Part shown: piece by piece, positions 10,435 through 20,184 of the stretch
Layout of the letters: each line of letters opens with the position of its first letter
Numbering within the stretch: position 1 is the stretch's first letter
From: an uncultured Trueperaceae bacterium
Lineage (GTDB): Bacteria; Deinococcota; Deinococci; Deinococcales; Trueperaceae
Direction of reading: 5' to 3'
Assembly (NCBI GenBank): GCA_963815215.1
Contig: CAWFFU010000003.1
Location: 672,001 to 736,000, forward strand
Length of the DNA stretch: 64,000 bases
Position numbers and translations under genes: made by a program
Notes under the pieces: generated by a model
What the model was told of the DNA's origin: nothing
Databases searched by the model: none
Seen by the model: only the letters and a program-made list of their open reading frames with translations

Positions 10435-11311
10435 GCTCCACCTCCTCCACCGGGTCGAGCTCGCGCCGACCGGCGCGCAACAGCCGAAGCGTCACGGCCA
10501 AACGCTCCTTCAGCGCCTTGCGGGGCACGACATCGTCGAGCATCCCCCTCTCGAGCAGGAACTCCGAACGCTGGAACCCCTCCGGCAGCTCCTGCTTGAT
10601 CGTCTGCTGGATCACGCGCGGCCCGGCGAAGGACACGAGCGCGCCCGGCTCGGCGTAGATGACATCACCCAGCGTGGCGAAGCTGGCGGTGACGCCGCCG
10701 GTGGTCGGGTCGGTGAGCACGCTCAGGTAGGGCAGGCGCTTCCGGGAAAGGCTCTCGAGCGCCACCGTGGTCTTCGCCATCTGCATCAGCGACAGAGCGC
10801 CCTCCTGCATGCGGGCGCCACCCGACGCCGTCACCGCTATCAGCGCCCGGTCCTCGACGGCGGCGCGCTCGGCCGCGCGAGCGATCTCCTCGCCGACCAC
10901 CGAGCCCATCGACCCACCCAGGAAGAAGAAATCCATCACGATCAAGCCGATCGGCTCGCCGTCCAGCAGGCTACCGCCGGTGACGATGGCATCGGGCCGA
11001 CCATGTTTCTGCTGGTTCTTCTCGATCCGCTCCGGGTACGACTGCGTGTCGACGAAACCCAGCGGGTCCTCCGCCTGGATCGCACCGGACCAGGGCTCGA
11101 AGGTGCCCGGATCGCTCAGCAGCTCGATGCGCGCCTCCACCGGCATGCGGTAGTGGTGGCCGCACTCGGGGCACACATAGGCGTTGGCGACGAGATCCTT
11201 CCGGTATATCTGGGCACTGCACGCCTCGCACTTCAGCCACAGGCCCGCCGGCGCGTTGTCGTCCTCCTTGCGCGTTGGCCGGTTCCTCCGGAACCACCGT
11301 TCAAGCGCCAT
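10418..11311 (-). CDS. accD: acetyl-CoA carboxylase carboxyltransferase beta
   Basis: WLKC..C / CPEC zinc finger, [32 protein letters not shown]. Confidence 0.96.
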   Translation of the reverse strand: MALERWFRRNRPTRKEDDNAPAGLWLKCEACSAQIYRKDLVANAYVCPECGHHYRMPVEARIELLSDPGTFEPWSGAIQAEDPLGFVDTQSYPERIEKNQQKHGRPDAIVTGGSLLDGEPIGLIVMDFFFLGGSMGSVVGEEIARAAERAAVEDRALIAVTASGGARMQEGALSLMQMAKTTVALESLSRKRLPYLSVLTDPTTGGVTASFATLGDVIYAEPGALVSFAGPRVIQQTIKQELPEGFQRSEFLLERGMLDDVVPRKALKERLAVTLRLLRAGRRELDPVEEVERAAAV

Positions 11312-11422
11312 GCGGCCTCCTCGCTGTCCTCGGCACAGAGTGTCGCTCGACCGCCACGGAAAGCACGCGTCATTCTAGCAGTCGTGCAGGTCCCCGCCTC
11401 AAGGCGTCGCGGACGGTCGTCG

Positions 11423-11965
11423 TCAGCTCCCGGCGCGCTCCACGTCGTCGGGCGACGGTTCGACCGGGGCCGCCTCGGAGTCCTCGCCGTCGAGGGTCGC
11501 TGCGTCCGTCGCGCCGCCGAGCGTGGCGGCGGCCCCTCCGCTCAGCGCCGCAGGCCTCGCGGGCGACACGCTCTCCGGGAGCCGTGGCGCCGGCCGCTGT
11601 CCGGCCGTCATCTCGCTGCGGCCGGTGAAGGAAGCGCCCTCCTCGATGTCGAGGGCCGCCGCCCGCACGTTGCCTTCGAGCAGTCCGTCCTTCCAGATCT
11701 CGATCTTGCCCTTGGCGTCGACGTTCGCCCGGACCTTGCCGAGGATCTTGACCTCGTCAGCCTCCACCCGATCGCCCTCGATGACGCCCGCCTCGGCCAC
11801 CTCGAGCACGCCACTGACCTTGACGTTGCCGCGAACGGTGCCGTGCACGCGCACGCGGCCGCTGGCCTCGAGGTCGCCGACGAGCGTGGTGCCGCGATGG
11901 ATATAGGTGAACGGCTCGCTGGCCGTCGTCTCCTGCTTGCGCTTCTTGCTGCTGCGTCCCAGCAT
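11423..11965 (-). CDS. bactofilin (polymer-forming cytoskeletal protein) with disordered C-tail
   Basis: TYIHRGTTLVGDL..SGRVRVHGTVRGNV ... EGNV..AALDIEEGASFTG beta-helix repeats; purine-rich SD before ATG 11965. Confidence 0.88.
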   Translation of the reverse strand: MLGRSSKKRKQETTASEPFTYIHRGTTLVGDLEASGRVRVHGTVRGNVKVSGVLEVAEAGVIEGDRVEADEVKILGKVRANVDAKGKIEIWKDGLLEGNVRAAALDIEEGASFTGRSEMTAGQRPAPRLPESVSPARPAALSGGAAATLGGATDAATLDGEDSEAAPVEPSPDDVERAGS

Positions 11966-12145
11966 GCCGTCCTCTCCCTCGCCGCGTGACGGACCCCACG
12001 GGTGGGCCGACGCGGTGGACGGACCGGGGGTTCGCTTCGGTTGTACCCCGCCCACCGAAGCGGCGGTCATAAAAGGCTTCACAGGGGCGACTCACGTTGC
12101 CGCGTCGCTGGATACCGGGCCCGCCGCCGTCGTATCCTGGTGCTC

Positions 12146-13048
12146 ATGGAACCAGCTCGGGTCGTCCTGGTCACCAACGTGGGCCAGGGCTTCGGGCGGG
12201 CCGTGGCCCTTGCCTATGGCCAGTCCGACTACGATGTCGTCTGCGCGGACCGCGACGTCGACCTAGCGGCCAAGACTGCGGCCGAGATCGAGGAGCTGGG
12301 CGGGCAGGCCATCCCGATCCAGGCCGACATGACGACGCAGATGGACGTGCTCGCCGCGTTCCACAAGGTGTTCGAGATCTTCGGCGCGCTGGGCGGCGTT
12401 GTGCACGTCTCCAGCCAAGTGAGCCACACACCATTCGAGGATCTCGGCGAGGGCGAGTTCGCCGAGCTGGTGGCGGAAGACCTGCGCAGTGCCTACCTCA
12501 CTCTGAAGACCGCGGCGCGCTTGCTCGACGGCGGATGGGTCGTCATGATCGCTCCTCCCGGTAACCGGCAGCCGCAGATGGCCGCGATGCACGGGGCGCT
12601 CTCACGCCTGACGACGAGCTTCTGCAGGCGCTACGAGGCGCCCCGCGTCAATCTGGTGGTGCCCTCGCGCGACGCCGCCGACCCGCGGCACGATGCCTCG
12701 CTGGTGCGCAGCGTCCGCTACCTGGGGTCGTCGTCGGCCCTCGGCGTATCGGGCCAGGAGGTGTTCGTGGAGCTGCCGCCGCCGCCGCGCATCACCGAGA
12801 CCCTGCTCCCCGAGGTTCGCGCCGCGCTCGACGACCGCATCCGCCAGGATGATCTGGAAGCGAGCCTCTACGAGGACACAGAAGCAGCCGACGTGGAGGA
12901 CGCCGAGGACCTGGTGCTCGACGAGTTCGACCAGGAGCCCTTCGAGAGGCTGCAGGGCACCCCTGCTCTGCGCCGCCATCTGTTCGACGAGGACGAAGCC
13001 GATCTCGAGGGCGACCTGGCCGACACGCCGCGCCATCGGCTACCGTGA
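12146..13048 (+). CDS. atypical SDR-fold (Rossmann) protein with acidic C-terminal tail
   Basis: VLVTNVGQGFGRAVA N-terminal Rossmann motif, IQADM; no clear YxxxK; D/E-rich tail. Confidence 0.75.
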   Translation: MEPARVVLVTNVGQGFGRAVALAYGQSDYDVVCADRDVDLAAKTAAEIEELGGQAIPIQADMTTQMDVLAAFHKVFEIFGALGGVVHVSSQVSHTPFEDLGEGEFAELVAEDLRSAYLTLKTAARLLDGGWVVMIAPPGNRQPQMAAMHGALSRLTTSFCRRYEAPRVNLVVPSRDAADPRHDASLVRSVRYLGSSSALGVSGQEVFVELPPPPRITETLLPEVRAALDDRIRQDDLEASLYEDTEAADVEDAEDLVLDEFDQEPFERLQGTPALRRHLFDEDEADLEGDLADTPRHRLP

Positions 13049-13088
13049 GCCGCGCCCCGCGTACGGCAGCTGAGACGGGGTGGGCGGC

Positions 13089-13562
13089 GTGAAGTGCCCC
13101 TACTGCTCCTCGGGGGATACCCGGGTGATCAACTCGCGGCCGTCGGACGAGGGCGCCGCCATCCGGCGCAGGCGCGAGTGCGCGGCCTGCCATCGTCGCT
13201 TCACGACCTACGAGCGGGCGCAATTCGAGGCCCTGATGGTCCGCAAGCGCTCGGGCAGGCGCGAGGCGTTCAACCCCGACAAGCTGCTGGACAAGCTGCG
13301 CATCGCCTGCAACAAGCGGCCCGTGACCGAGAAGCAGCTCCGCGAGTTCGCCTACAGCTTCGAGGACGAGGTGCAGGCGCCGGACATCGCCTCCGACGAG
13401 ATCGGCCGCCGCACGCTGCAGTTCCTCAGAGCCCTCGACGATGTGGCCTACATCCGCTTCCTGAGCGTGTATCGCGACTTCGACTCGGTCGACCGCTTCA
13501 TCGAGGAGATCCAGCACCTCGGGGCCGATGCCGCCCGGATCGAGCCCGATCTGGAGGGCTAG
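13089..13562 (+). CDS. nrdR: transcriptional repressor NrdR
   Basis: KCPYC..., IRRRREC..C..RFTTYER, ATP-cone, D.VAYIRF.SVYRDF. Confidence 0.96.
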   Translation: MKCPYCSSGDTRVINSRPSDEGAAIRRRRECAACHRRFTTYERAQFEALMVRKRSGRREAFNPDKLLDKLRIACNKRPVTEKQLREFAYSFEDEVQAPDIASDEIGRRTLQFLRALDDVAYIRFLSVYRDFDSVDRFIEEIQHLGADAARIEPDLEG

Positions 13563-13623
13563 CGGTAACCGCACGCCTCCCGCGGCCGTTGGGCCGCTAT
13601 GCTGGTCGCCGGGAACTTCGCCT

Positions 13624-14733
13624 ATGTCGACTGCTTACCTCACCTCCAGCCACGCCGGATCGAGCGGCGACGGCGGCCTGACGGCCACCGTCGCACGCGT
13701 CAAGGACCGGCTGGTGGTGCAGCCGCGCCCCGACGCCCTGGGCGTGGCGCAGGTCGCCCTGCTGCCTCTCCTGGACGCCTGCGGCGTGGATGTGTTCGAC
13801 CTCCGCTCGCTGCGGGGGACTACCGACGGCGACCGCATGCTCTACCGGGTGCAGGCCGGCGACGCCTGGGCGGTGGCGGCTGTCCACGCCGTAGGCGTGC
13901 CTCTGACGCGTGGCGTCGGCCAGAGCGACGCGGTCGACGGCGCCTTCACGGTGCGCACCAACGGAGGCGACTGGCAGCTCCTGGTCCGGGCCGACGAGGT
14001 CTACGGCTTCAGCCTGTACGACGACATCTTCGCCGGAGTGCTCGCGCGCCTGTTCCAGATCGGCGGCCCCGATGCCCCCCGCCGCGTCGACCTGGCCCGC
14101 TCGCTCCTTCAGCAGGAGTGGCTGGCAGACAAGCTGGCGCGACTCTCCCGGGATATCGGGATCGACGAGTTGCGCCGCGTGCTGGGCGGCCCCGAGGCGG
14201 CACCCGCCCGGGCGCTCGAGCTGCTGCGCGAACGACACCTGCTACGCGAGTCCGGGACCATCGATGAGCGCGCCATCCGGCGCGCGGTCGCGCTCACGCT
14301 CAACGCCACCGAGATGGGGCTGGTGCGCGACGCCGATGCGTTGGCCACCATCACCCTGGACGACCTGCTGCTGCACGCCGAGGGCGTCGCCAACCTGCGG
14401 GGCCACCTGCGGATCGCCTTCGACGGGGTCACGCTGCCGATCACCTCGCGCAGCGGGCTGTACTTCGTGCTCGCCGCCGTAGCTGTGCAGTACTCGCGCG
14501 AGGACGCCGTCCCGGCCGAAGACCTCATCGCGCCGCCCACGCGCCCGCCGGTGGGCGTGCGCGCCCGGCCACTGGGGCGGCCGGGTTGGTCGCTGCTGCT
14601 GACTCGCGACGGGAAGGGCCTCTCCGATGCCACGGATGCCCTGCTCGACCACCTCGGCCTGCGCCATCGGGTGCAGGCCAGCCACCGCGGGCACCCCTAC
14701 CCGCCGCCGCAGGCCGTGAGCGACGCCGGCTAG
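13624..14733 (+). CDS. hypothetical protein, possible degenerate HsdR_N-like nuclease fold
   Basis: Fills the gap between nrdR and the convergent acylase with protein-like composition; start at ATG 13624 is inferred. Confidence 0.65.
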   Translation: MSTAYLTSSHAGSSGDGGLTATVARVKDRLVVQPRPDALGVAQVALLPLLDACGVDVFDLRSLRGTTDGDRMLYRVQAGDAWAVAAVHAVGVPLTRGVGQSDAVDGAFTVRTNGGDWQLLVRADEVYGFSLYDDIFAGVLARLFQIGGPDAPRRVDLARSLLQQEWLADKLARLSRDIGIDELRRVLGGPEAAPARALELLRERHLLRESGTIDERAIRRAVALTLNATEMGLVRDADALATITLDDLLLHAEGVANLRGHLRIAFDGVTLPITSRSGLYFVLAAVAVQYSREDAVPAEDLIAPPTRPPVGVRARPLGRPGWSLLLTRDGKGLSDATDALLDHLGLRHRVQASHRGHPYPPPQAVSDAG

Positions 14734-17123
14734 GACCCCGGCGTCAGGTGCAACGTCCCGATCTGTCCCTTCTCGGCGTCCTTCCGCGACAGGCTCATCG
14801 GCAGGTACTGCACGTCGCGCCAGCGACGCAGGAAGTCACGGTAGTGCCGTGACAGGGCGTTGCCGGACTGGCCGGTGGTCTGGATGAAGCGCGACGATCC
14901 CGCTTGCGAGAGGTCGTAGACGGCGCGGTATCCCGGGCCCACGATCTGCCGGTAGGGATGCTTGGCATCTCCCATGTCGTAGCGTCCCACGTCGACGGTG
15001 TAGGCGCCGCCGCCGTTGGGCACGAGCAGGTCGAACAGACCCCTGAGCGGCGTGTTGGTGAAGACCTGGTGAGCGCTGAGCGCCTCGTGCGCCGCACCCC
15101 AGCGCCAGCGGGCCGGATCCTTGCCGTAGCTCCTCGCTAGCTCGTCGACCGCGTCCTGCAACGCCGCCCGAGCCTGCTGCGGGCAGGTTTCCACGCCAGG
15201 CGTGCGCACATCGTCGCACCACGACGGTTCGCTCGACAGGACGTGCTCCAGGAAGCGCGGGTGGAAGCCGTAGTAGGCGTCGAACAGGTCGCCCATCTCG
15301 TCGGCGTAGACGCGCTTGGAGAAGGCGCGGTACCAGGCGGCGAAGATCAGGGGCGCCGCCTCGCCGCGCGCCATCTTCCCGTCCCAACCCACGAGCTGTG
15401 CCTGCGCGCGGCGCGCAAGGTCGCTGCCCGGGCTGACCGCACGCAGCGTGGGGAGGAAGCTCCGGGCCAGCAACGAGGTCTGATCGGCCTGGATGCGCTC
15501 CATGGTGTCGACGGTGGCCTTGGGGCTGGCCGCCAGCAGCGATTGGATGCGTTCGGCCCGGTAGGGCACCGCCCAGTCTCGCGTGAGGTAGTACGGGTAG
15601 CTGTCGGGGACGACCTTGTCGTTGGCGGTGACGACCTGGCCGTCGGCCGGGTCGAAGGTGTGCGGCAGGGCATCGAAGGGTACCGTCCCGACCCAGTCGT
15701 AGGCGCCGGTCCAGCCGGGCACCGGAACGGTTCCCTCCCCGCTCTTGCGGATCGGGATGCGGCCGGGAGCGTAGTAGCCGATGTTACCGTCCACATCGGC
15801 GTACACGATGTTCTGCTCGGGGGTCACGAAGTCGCGCAGGGCCGCCTTGAACTGATCCCAGTTCTGGGACGTGTTCATCTCCATCACGGCCTGGATGGTG
15901 GTGTCGTCGGGCTCCAAGGCGGTCCACTGCAGGGCCAGGACCACGTCCGGCCCCTGCGCCTTGGCGGCCTGAGCGGCGCTCGACGCGACGTCCGAGATGA
16001 CGGGGCCGTGCCGGGTAGTGCGCACGTTCAGGACCACGTCCGCCTGCCCCTTGACGTGGATCACCTCGCGCCGTGTCTGGAAGGGCTCACTCCCCGAAGG
16101 CGTCAGGTAGCGCGAGGGATCGCTCGGATCCACCTTCTCCATGAACAGGTCCTGCGTGTCGGGCCCGGTGTTGGTGAACCCCCAGGCGATGCGTTCGTTG
16201 CGTCCGAGCAGCACGGCCGGCGTTCCGGGCAAGGTCCCACCGATGACGTTCAAGCCGGGCGCGGAGATCTGCGCCAGGTACCACAGCGACGGCGCGTCGA
16301 GCGCCAGGTGCGGGTCGTTGGCGAGCAGCGGCTTCCCGGAGGTGGTGTGCGTGCCGTCGACCACCCAGTCGTTCGAACCCAGCCCGGGCGGCGACGGCGC
16401 GGGCGCAGCCGCGACGAGCGCGTCGAGCGGCAGCGTCCGGTACAGGGCGGTGAAGTCCGGCACGACCACGGGTCCGTCCTTGGGGTAGGCCGGCCACAGC
16501 GTGGCGACGAGCTTCTGCGGGTCCTTCGGCTGCAGCTTGGCGATCAGCCGGGCGCGCAGCAGTTCGTCGCTCCAGTTGCCGGAGAGGTCCCAGGACATCA
16601 TCTTCGCCCAGGCGATGACGTCGGCAGCGGTGAACGGCTCGGGCTTCACGCCCAACACGACGTATTCGGGCGGCCAGGCGCCACGGTGGTGGGCGATGTA
16701 GGCGTTGATCCCCGCGACGTAGGCGTCGAGTAGCGAGCGCGTCTCCGGATCCAGGTGGCTCAGCGCCTGCTGGGAAGCCCGATATACCCCCAGCGTGCGG
16801 AGGAACTTGTCGGTGTCGATGGTGGCCGCGCCGAGCACCTCCGACAGCCGACCGGAACCGACGCGGCGTTGGAAGTCCATCTGCCACAGCCGGTCCTGCG
16901 CGTGGACGTAGCCGAGCGCGAAGATGGCGTCGGCTTTGTCCTTGGCGTAGATGTGCGGGATGTCATTGGCGTCGCGAACGATGTCGACGCCCTGATGGAG
17001 TCCGGAGATCTCCACGGTGCCGCGCGTCTTCGGCAGCGAAGTACGTAGGTAGAGCCAACCCCCCGCTGCCACGATGACCAGCAGGACGAGCACGCCACCG
17101 ACGATGCGTAGTGCGACCTTCAT
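14730..17123 (-). CDS. penicillin acylase family Ntn-hydrolase (peptidase S45) with N-terminal membrane anchor
   Basis: GYVHAQDRLWQM, GRLSE, GSNDWVV (nucleophile Ser), LLANDPHL, QNIVYAD..GNI, TGQSG; GGAGGAG SD before ATG 17123. Confidence 0.93.
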   Translation of the reverse strand: MKVALRIVGGVLVLLVIVAAGGWLYLRTSLPKTRGTVEISGLHQGVDIVRDANDIPHIYAKDKADAIFALGYVHAQDRLWQMDFQRRVGSGRLSEVLGAATIDTDKFLRTLGVYRASQQALSHLDPETRSLLDAYVAGINAYIAHHRGAWPPEYVVLGVKPEPFTAADVIAWAKMMSWDLSGNWSDELLRARLIAKLQPKDPQKLVATLWPAYPKDGPVVVPDFTALYRTLPLDALVAAAPAPSPPGLGSNDWVVDGTHTTSGKPLLANDPHLALDAPSLWYLAQISAPGLNVIGGTLPGTPAVLLGRNERIAWGFTNTGPDTQDLFMEKVDPSDPSRYLTPSGSEPFQTRREVIHVKGQADVVLNVRTTRHGPVISDVASSAAQAAKAQGPDVVLALQWTALEPDDTTIQAVMEMNTSQNWDQFKAALRDFVTPEQNIVYADVDGNIGYYAPGRIPIRKSGEGTVPVPGWTGAYDWVGTVPFDALPHTFDPADGQVVTANDKVVPDSYPYYLTRDWAVPYRAERIQSLLAASPKATVDTMERIQADQTSLLARSFLPTLRAVSPGSDLARRAQAQLVGWDGKMARGEAAPLIFAAWYRAFSKRVYADEMGDLFDAYYGFHPRFLEHVLSSEPSWCDDVRTPGVETCPQQARAALQDAVDELARSYGKDPARWRWGAAHEALSAHQVFTNTPLRGLFDLLVPNGGGAYTVDVGRYDMGDAKHPYRQIVGPGYRAVYDLSQAGSSRFIQTTGQSGNALSRHYRDFLRRWRDVQYLPMSLSRKDAEKGQIGTLHLTPGS

Positions 17124-17243
17124 GGGTCTCCTCCCAGGCTTGCGCGGCATTCTACCGTTCCCGGAACCGCGCCGGCGGGCGCGACGGGGCAGCCAACCGT
17201 ACACCCGCGGGCATCCTCGTACGGCGCCCCGGGACATCGGTCC

Positions 17244-17288
17244 TTGACATCGAGCACAGTGCCCTCTACATTTGAGAAAACGTTTTCT
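17244..17288 (+). promoter_or_regulatory. sigma70 promoter plus LacI-type operator of the sugar operon
   Basis: TTGACA(17244)-N17-TACATT(17267), followed by the perfect 14-bp palindrome AGAAAACGTTTTCT (17275-17288) over the predicted +1. Confidence 0.85.
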
Positions 17289-17315
17289 AGCATTCGCGCC
17301 GTGAGGGGAAGTGGT

Positions 17316-18347
17316 GTGACCCAGAGGGGGAGCTCCCGCGCTCGTAGGATCCGGATCGTCGATGTCGCCCGGGCCGCCGGGGTGTCGGTGGCGACGGTGT
17401 CGAGGGTGCTGAACGGCGCCGAGACGGTGGCGCCCGAGTTGCGGGATCGCGTGGTGTCGGCCTCCCGCGAGCTGGGGTACCGGCCCAATCCCCATGCCCG
17501 CGCGCTCCACACCGGTCGCTCGCACGCCATCGGCGTTGCCGCCACCTACGTCGGCGGCTTCTTCGCCGACCTGTTCGATGGGCTCGAATCGCGGCTGGCC
17601 GGAGCGGGGTACCGCCTGCTCGTGGCGGGCGGGAACGGTCAGCGGGCCGACGAGCGGAACACCCTGTTCGATCTCCTGAACCGACACGTCGACGGTCTGG
17701 TGGTCTTCCTCGAAGCCGTGGGCGACGCGGACCTGGCCGAGGTGGTCGGCCGTGGCACACCCACGCTGGTGTTGGGCCGCGTCGTGCCGGGGATCGAGGA
17801 CCGCTGCTTCGCCTGGGATCAGCGCGCCGGCGGCGCGCTGGCGACCCGCCATCTGCTCGCCATGGGGCACCGCCGTATCGGCCACCTGGCAGGACCCACC
17901 TCCAACCTCCACGCCCGCGAACGTCGGGAGGGATACGTGCAGGCCATGCGCGAGGCCGGGATCGCCCTCGAGCCCGGTTGGATCGCGGAGGGGGATTTCC
18001 AGGAGAACGGCGGGCGCGAGGCCATGCGAACGCTGCTCGCGCAGAGCGACCTCACCGCCGTCTTCGTGGCCAACGACCAGATGGCGCTCGGTGCCCTCAG
18101 CGCCCTGTGGGAGCGCGGGCTGCGTTGCCCGACAGACCTCTCGCTGATCGGGTTCGACGATCAGCGCGTCTCGTCGTTCACGACGCCGCCCCTCACCACC
18201 GTCCGGCAACCTCTGGAGGAGCTCGGCCGCATCGTGGCCGATCGTCTCCTCCTCGACATCCGCAGCGAGCAAGGAGCAGGTCGGCCCGACCTTCCGCCGC
18301 TCGCCCTCGTCAAGCGTGCCTCGGTCGAACGAAGGGAGGTGCCCTGA
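17316..18347 (+). CDS. LacI-family transcriptional regulator
   Basis: IVDVARAAGVSVATVSRVLN HTH, LGYRPN, ANDQMALG, SLIGFDD, PPLTTVRQP; start 17301 or 17316. Confidence 0.93.
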   Translation: MTQRGSSRARRIRIVDVARAAGVSVATVSRVLNGAETVAPELRDRVVSASRELGYRPNPHARALHTGRSHAIGVAATYVGGFFADLFDGLESRLAGAGYRLLVAGGNGQRADERNTLFDLLNRHVDGLVVFLEAVGDADLAEVVGRGTPTLVLGRVVPGIEDRCFAWDQRAGGALATRHLLAMGHRRIGHLAGPTSNLHARERREGYVQAMREAGIALEPGWIAEGDFQENGGREAMRTLLAQSDLTAVFVANDQMALGALSALWERGLRCPTDLSLIGFDDQRVSSFTTPPLTTVRQPLEELGRIVADRLLLDIRSEQGAGRPDLPPLALVKRASVERREVP

Positions 18348-18409
18348 GAACGGAAGTCCAGACCGACCCGCCTCGCAAGCCTACCTAGACCAAGGAGGAG
18401 AACGCCACT

Positions 18410-20122
18410 ATGGCGAAACGGAATCCGATCGCGAGGATCCTCACAGCGCTCGCGGCTCTGGCCCTGGTGCTGGCCGGCTCCACCGCCGTCGCCCAGTCGT
18501 TGCCGCGCAATCAGACGCTCTACATCGGCGGACACCAATGGGGCCCGCCCACGAACTTCAACCCGCTGTCGTCCAGCCCGGCCTGGCCCACAGGCGGGAA
18601 CGGGCAGATGGGCATCAACGGGGCCGGCTACATCTTCGAGACGCTGTTCACGTCCAACATCGTCGACGGCTCCTACGCTCCGGCGCTCGGCAAGGACATG
18701 GCCTGGACCACACCGACCCAGCTCACCGTCCACATGCAGCCCGGCACGATGTGGCAGGACGGCAAGCCCTTGACGTCGGCCGACGTCAAGTTCACGTTCG
18801 AGCTCGGCAAGAAGTTCTCGGTCAGCACCACCGGGGTGTGGGACTACCTGTCCTCGGTCGACACCCCTGACGCCCAGACCGTGGTGTTCAACCTCAATCC
18901 CGCCCGGCCCAATCCCGGCGTGGTGGAACGCTACGTCGATACCGTCTACATCCTGCCGCAACACATCTGGCAGGCCGTGGCCGACCAGGGCCAGTCCGCC
19001 CTGCTCCAGTTCGAGAACTTCGACCCCGTCGGGTCGGGCTCGTACACCGTGATGAGATACAACGCCGAGCAGATCGTGCTCCAGCGCTTCGACAACTACT
19101 GGGGCAAGAGCCTGTACGGCATGCCGGCGCCCAAGTATGTGGTGCACCCGATCTTCAAGAGCAACGATGCCGGCAACCTGGCGCTGCAGCAGGGCCAGCT
19201 CGATTGGTCCCAGCAGTTCGTGCCGAACGTGTGGACCATGAAGAACGTCGGCACCTGGTTGAGCAAGGAGCCCTACTACATCCCGGGTTCCATCCCGATG
19301 ATGCTGGTCAACGTGCAGCGCAAGGGGCTCGACAACGTGCTGGTGCGCCGTGCGCTCGCCTACTCCATCAACTACCCGCTCATCGCACAGACGGCCATGT
19401 CACGCTACTCCGAGCCGGCCAAGTCGAGCCTGATCATCCCGTCGGGCGTCGAGTCCCAGTACTTCGACGCGCAGAACGTCGACCAGTACGGCTGGACGTA
19501 CGATCCGGCCAAGGCCAAGGACATCCTCGAGAACCAGCTCCATGCCACCAAGGGCTCCGACGGCATCTACGTGCTGCCCGACGGTACCAAGCTCAGCTTC
19601 GTTGCGCAGACGCCGTACGGGTGGACCGACTGGATGGCCGCGCTGCAGGTGGTGTCGCAGAGCGCCAAGGCCGTCGGTATCAACGTGACGACCAACTTCC
19701 CGCAGGCCCCGGTCGACATCAACGATGTACAGACTGGCAACTTCGACCTGGCGCTGTTCTACATCTCGGGGGTCGGTCCGGACGCTCCGTGGGCGCGCTT
19801 CCGCGACATGATGGACGACCGCAGTGTGCCGGCCGTGGGCCAGAACGCGTTCTGGGACTACAACCGCTACAGCAACCCTGACGTGCCGGCGCTGCTCGAC
19901 AAGGCCGGCGCCGCGACGACGATCGCCGACAAGAAGGCGGCCTACGCCGAACTCGACAAGATCTTCATGCGGGACGTTCCGGGCATCCCCCTGATGTACC
20001 GCCCGCTGCTGTTCTACGAGTTCAACACCTCGGTCTGGACCAACTTCCCCACGGCCGAGAACCCGCAAGGCACGTCGCCCCAGTGGTACATCGACGTGCT
20101 CCGTGACGTGAAGCTGAAGTAA
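18410..20122 (+). CDS. ABC transporter substrate-binding protein, family 5 (probably oligosaccharide/beta-glucoside binding)
   Basis: Sec signal ending AVA-Q, LPRNQTLYIGG, WQDGKPLTSADVKFTF family-5 signature, Trp-rich; glycosidase context. Confidence 0.88.
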   Translation: MAKRNPIARILTALAALALVLAGSTAVAQSLPRNQTLYIGGHQWGPPTNFNPLSSSPAWPTGGNGQMGINGAGYIFETLFTSNIVDGSYAPALGKDMAWTTPTQLTVHMQPGTMWQDGKPLTSADVKFTFELGKKFSVSTTGVWDYLSSVDTPDAQTVVFNLNPARPNPGVVERYVDTVYILPQHIWQAVADQGQSALLQFENFDPVGSGSYTVMRYNAEQIVLQRFDNYWGKSLYGMPAPKYVVHPIFKSNDAGNLALQQGQLDWSQQFVPNVWTMKNVGTWLSKEPYYIPGSIPMMLVNVQRKGLDNVLVRRALAYSINYPLIAQTAMSRYSEPAKSSLIIPSGVESQYFDAQNVDQYGWTYDPAKAKDILENQLHATKGSDGIYVLPDGTKLSFVAQTPYGWTDWMAALQVVSQSAKAVGINVTTNFPQAPVDINDVQTGNFDLALFYISGVGPDAPWARFRDMMDDRSVPAVGQNAFWDYNRYSNPDVPALLDKAGAATTIADKKAAYAELDKIFMRDVPGIPLMYRPLLFYEFNTSVWTNFPTAENPQGTSPQWYIDVLRDVKLK

Positions 20123-20132
20123 GCGTACCGCC

Positions 20133-20167
20133 GCGGAGGAGGGGGGCCCATTCCCCCCCTCCTCCGC
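20133..20167 (+). terminator. intercistronic stem-loop after the binding-protein gene
   Basis: 14-bp perfect stem GCGGAGGAGGGGGG/CCCCCCTCCTCCGC without a U-tract; typical mRNA-stabilising element. Confidence 0.65.
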
Positions 20168-20184
20168 CGCCTGGAAAGGGTCCG

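Noticed and set aside
14730..18272. 1180-aa ORF suggesting a giant acylase fusion
   Set aside because: The first 383 codons are the antisense shadow of the lacI gene and the promoter region; the real start is ATG 17123 with a GGAGGAG SD and signal anchor
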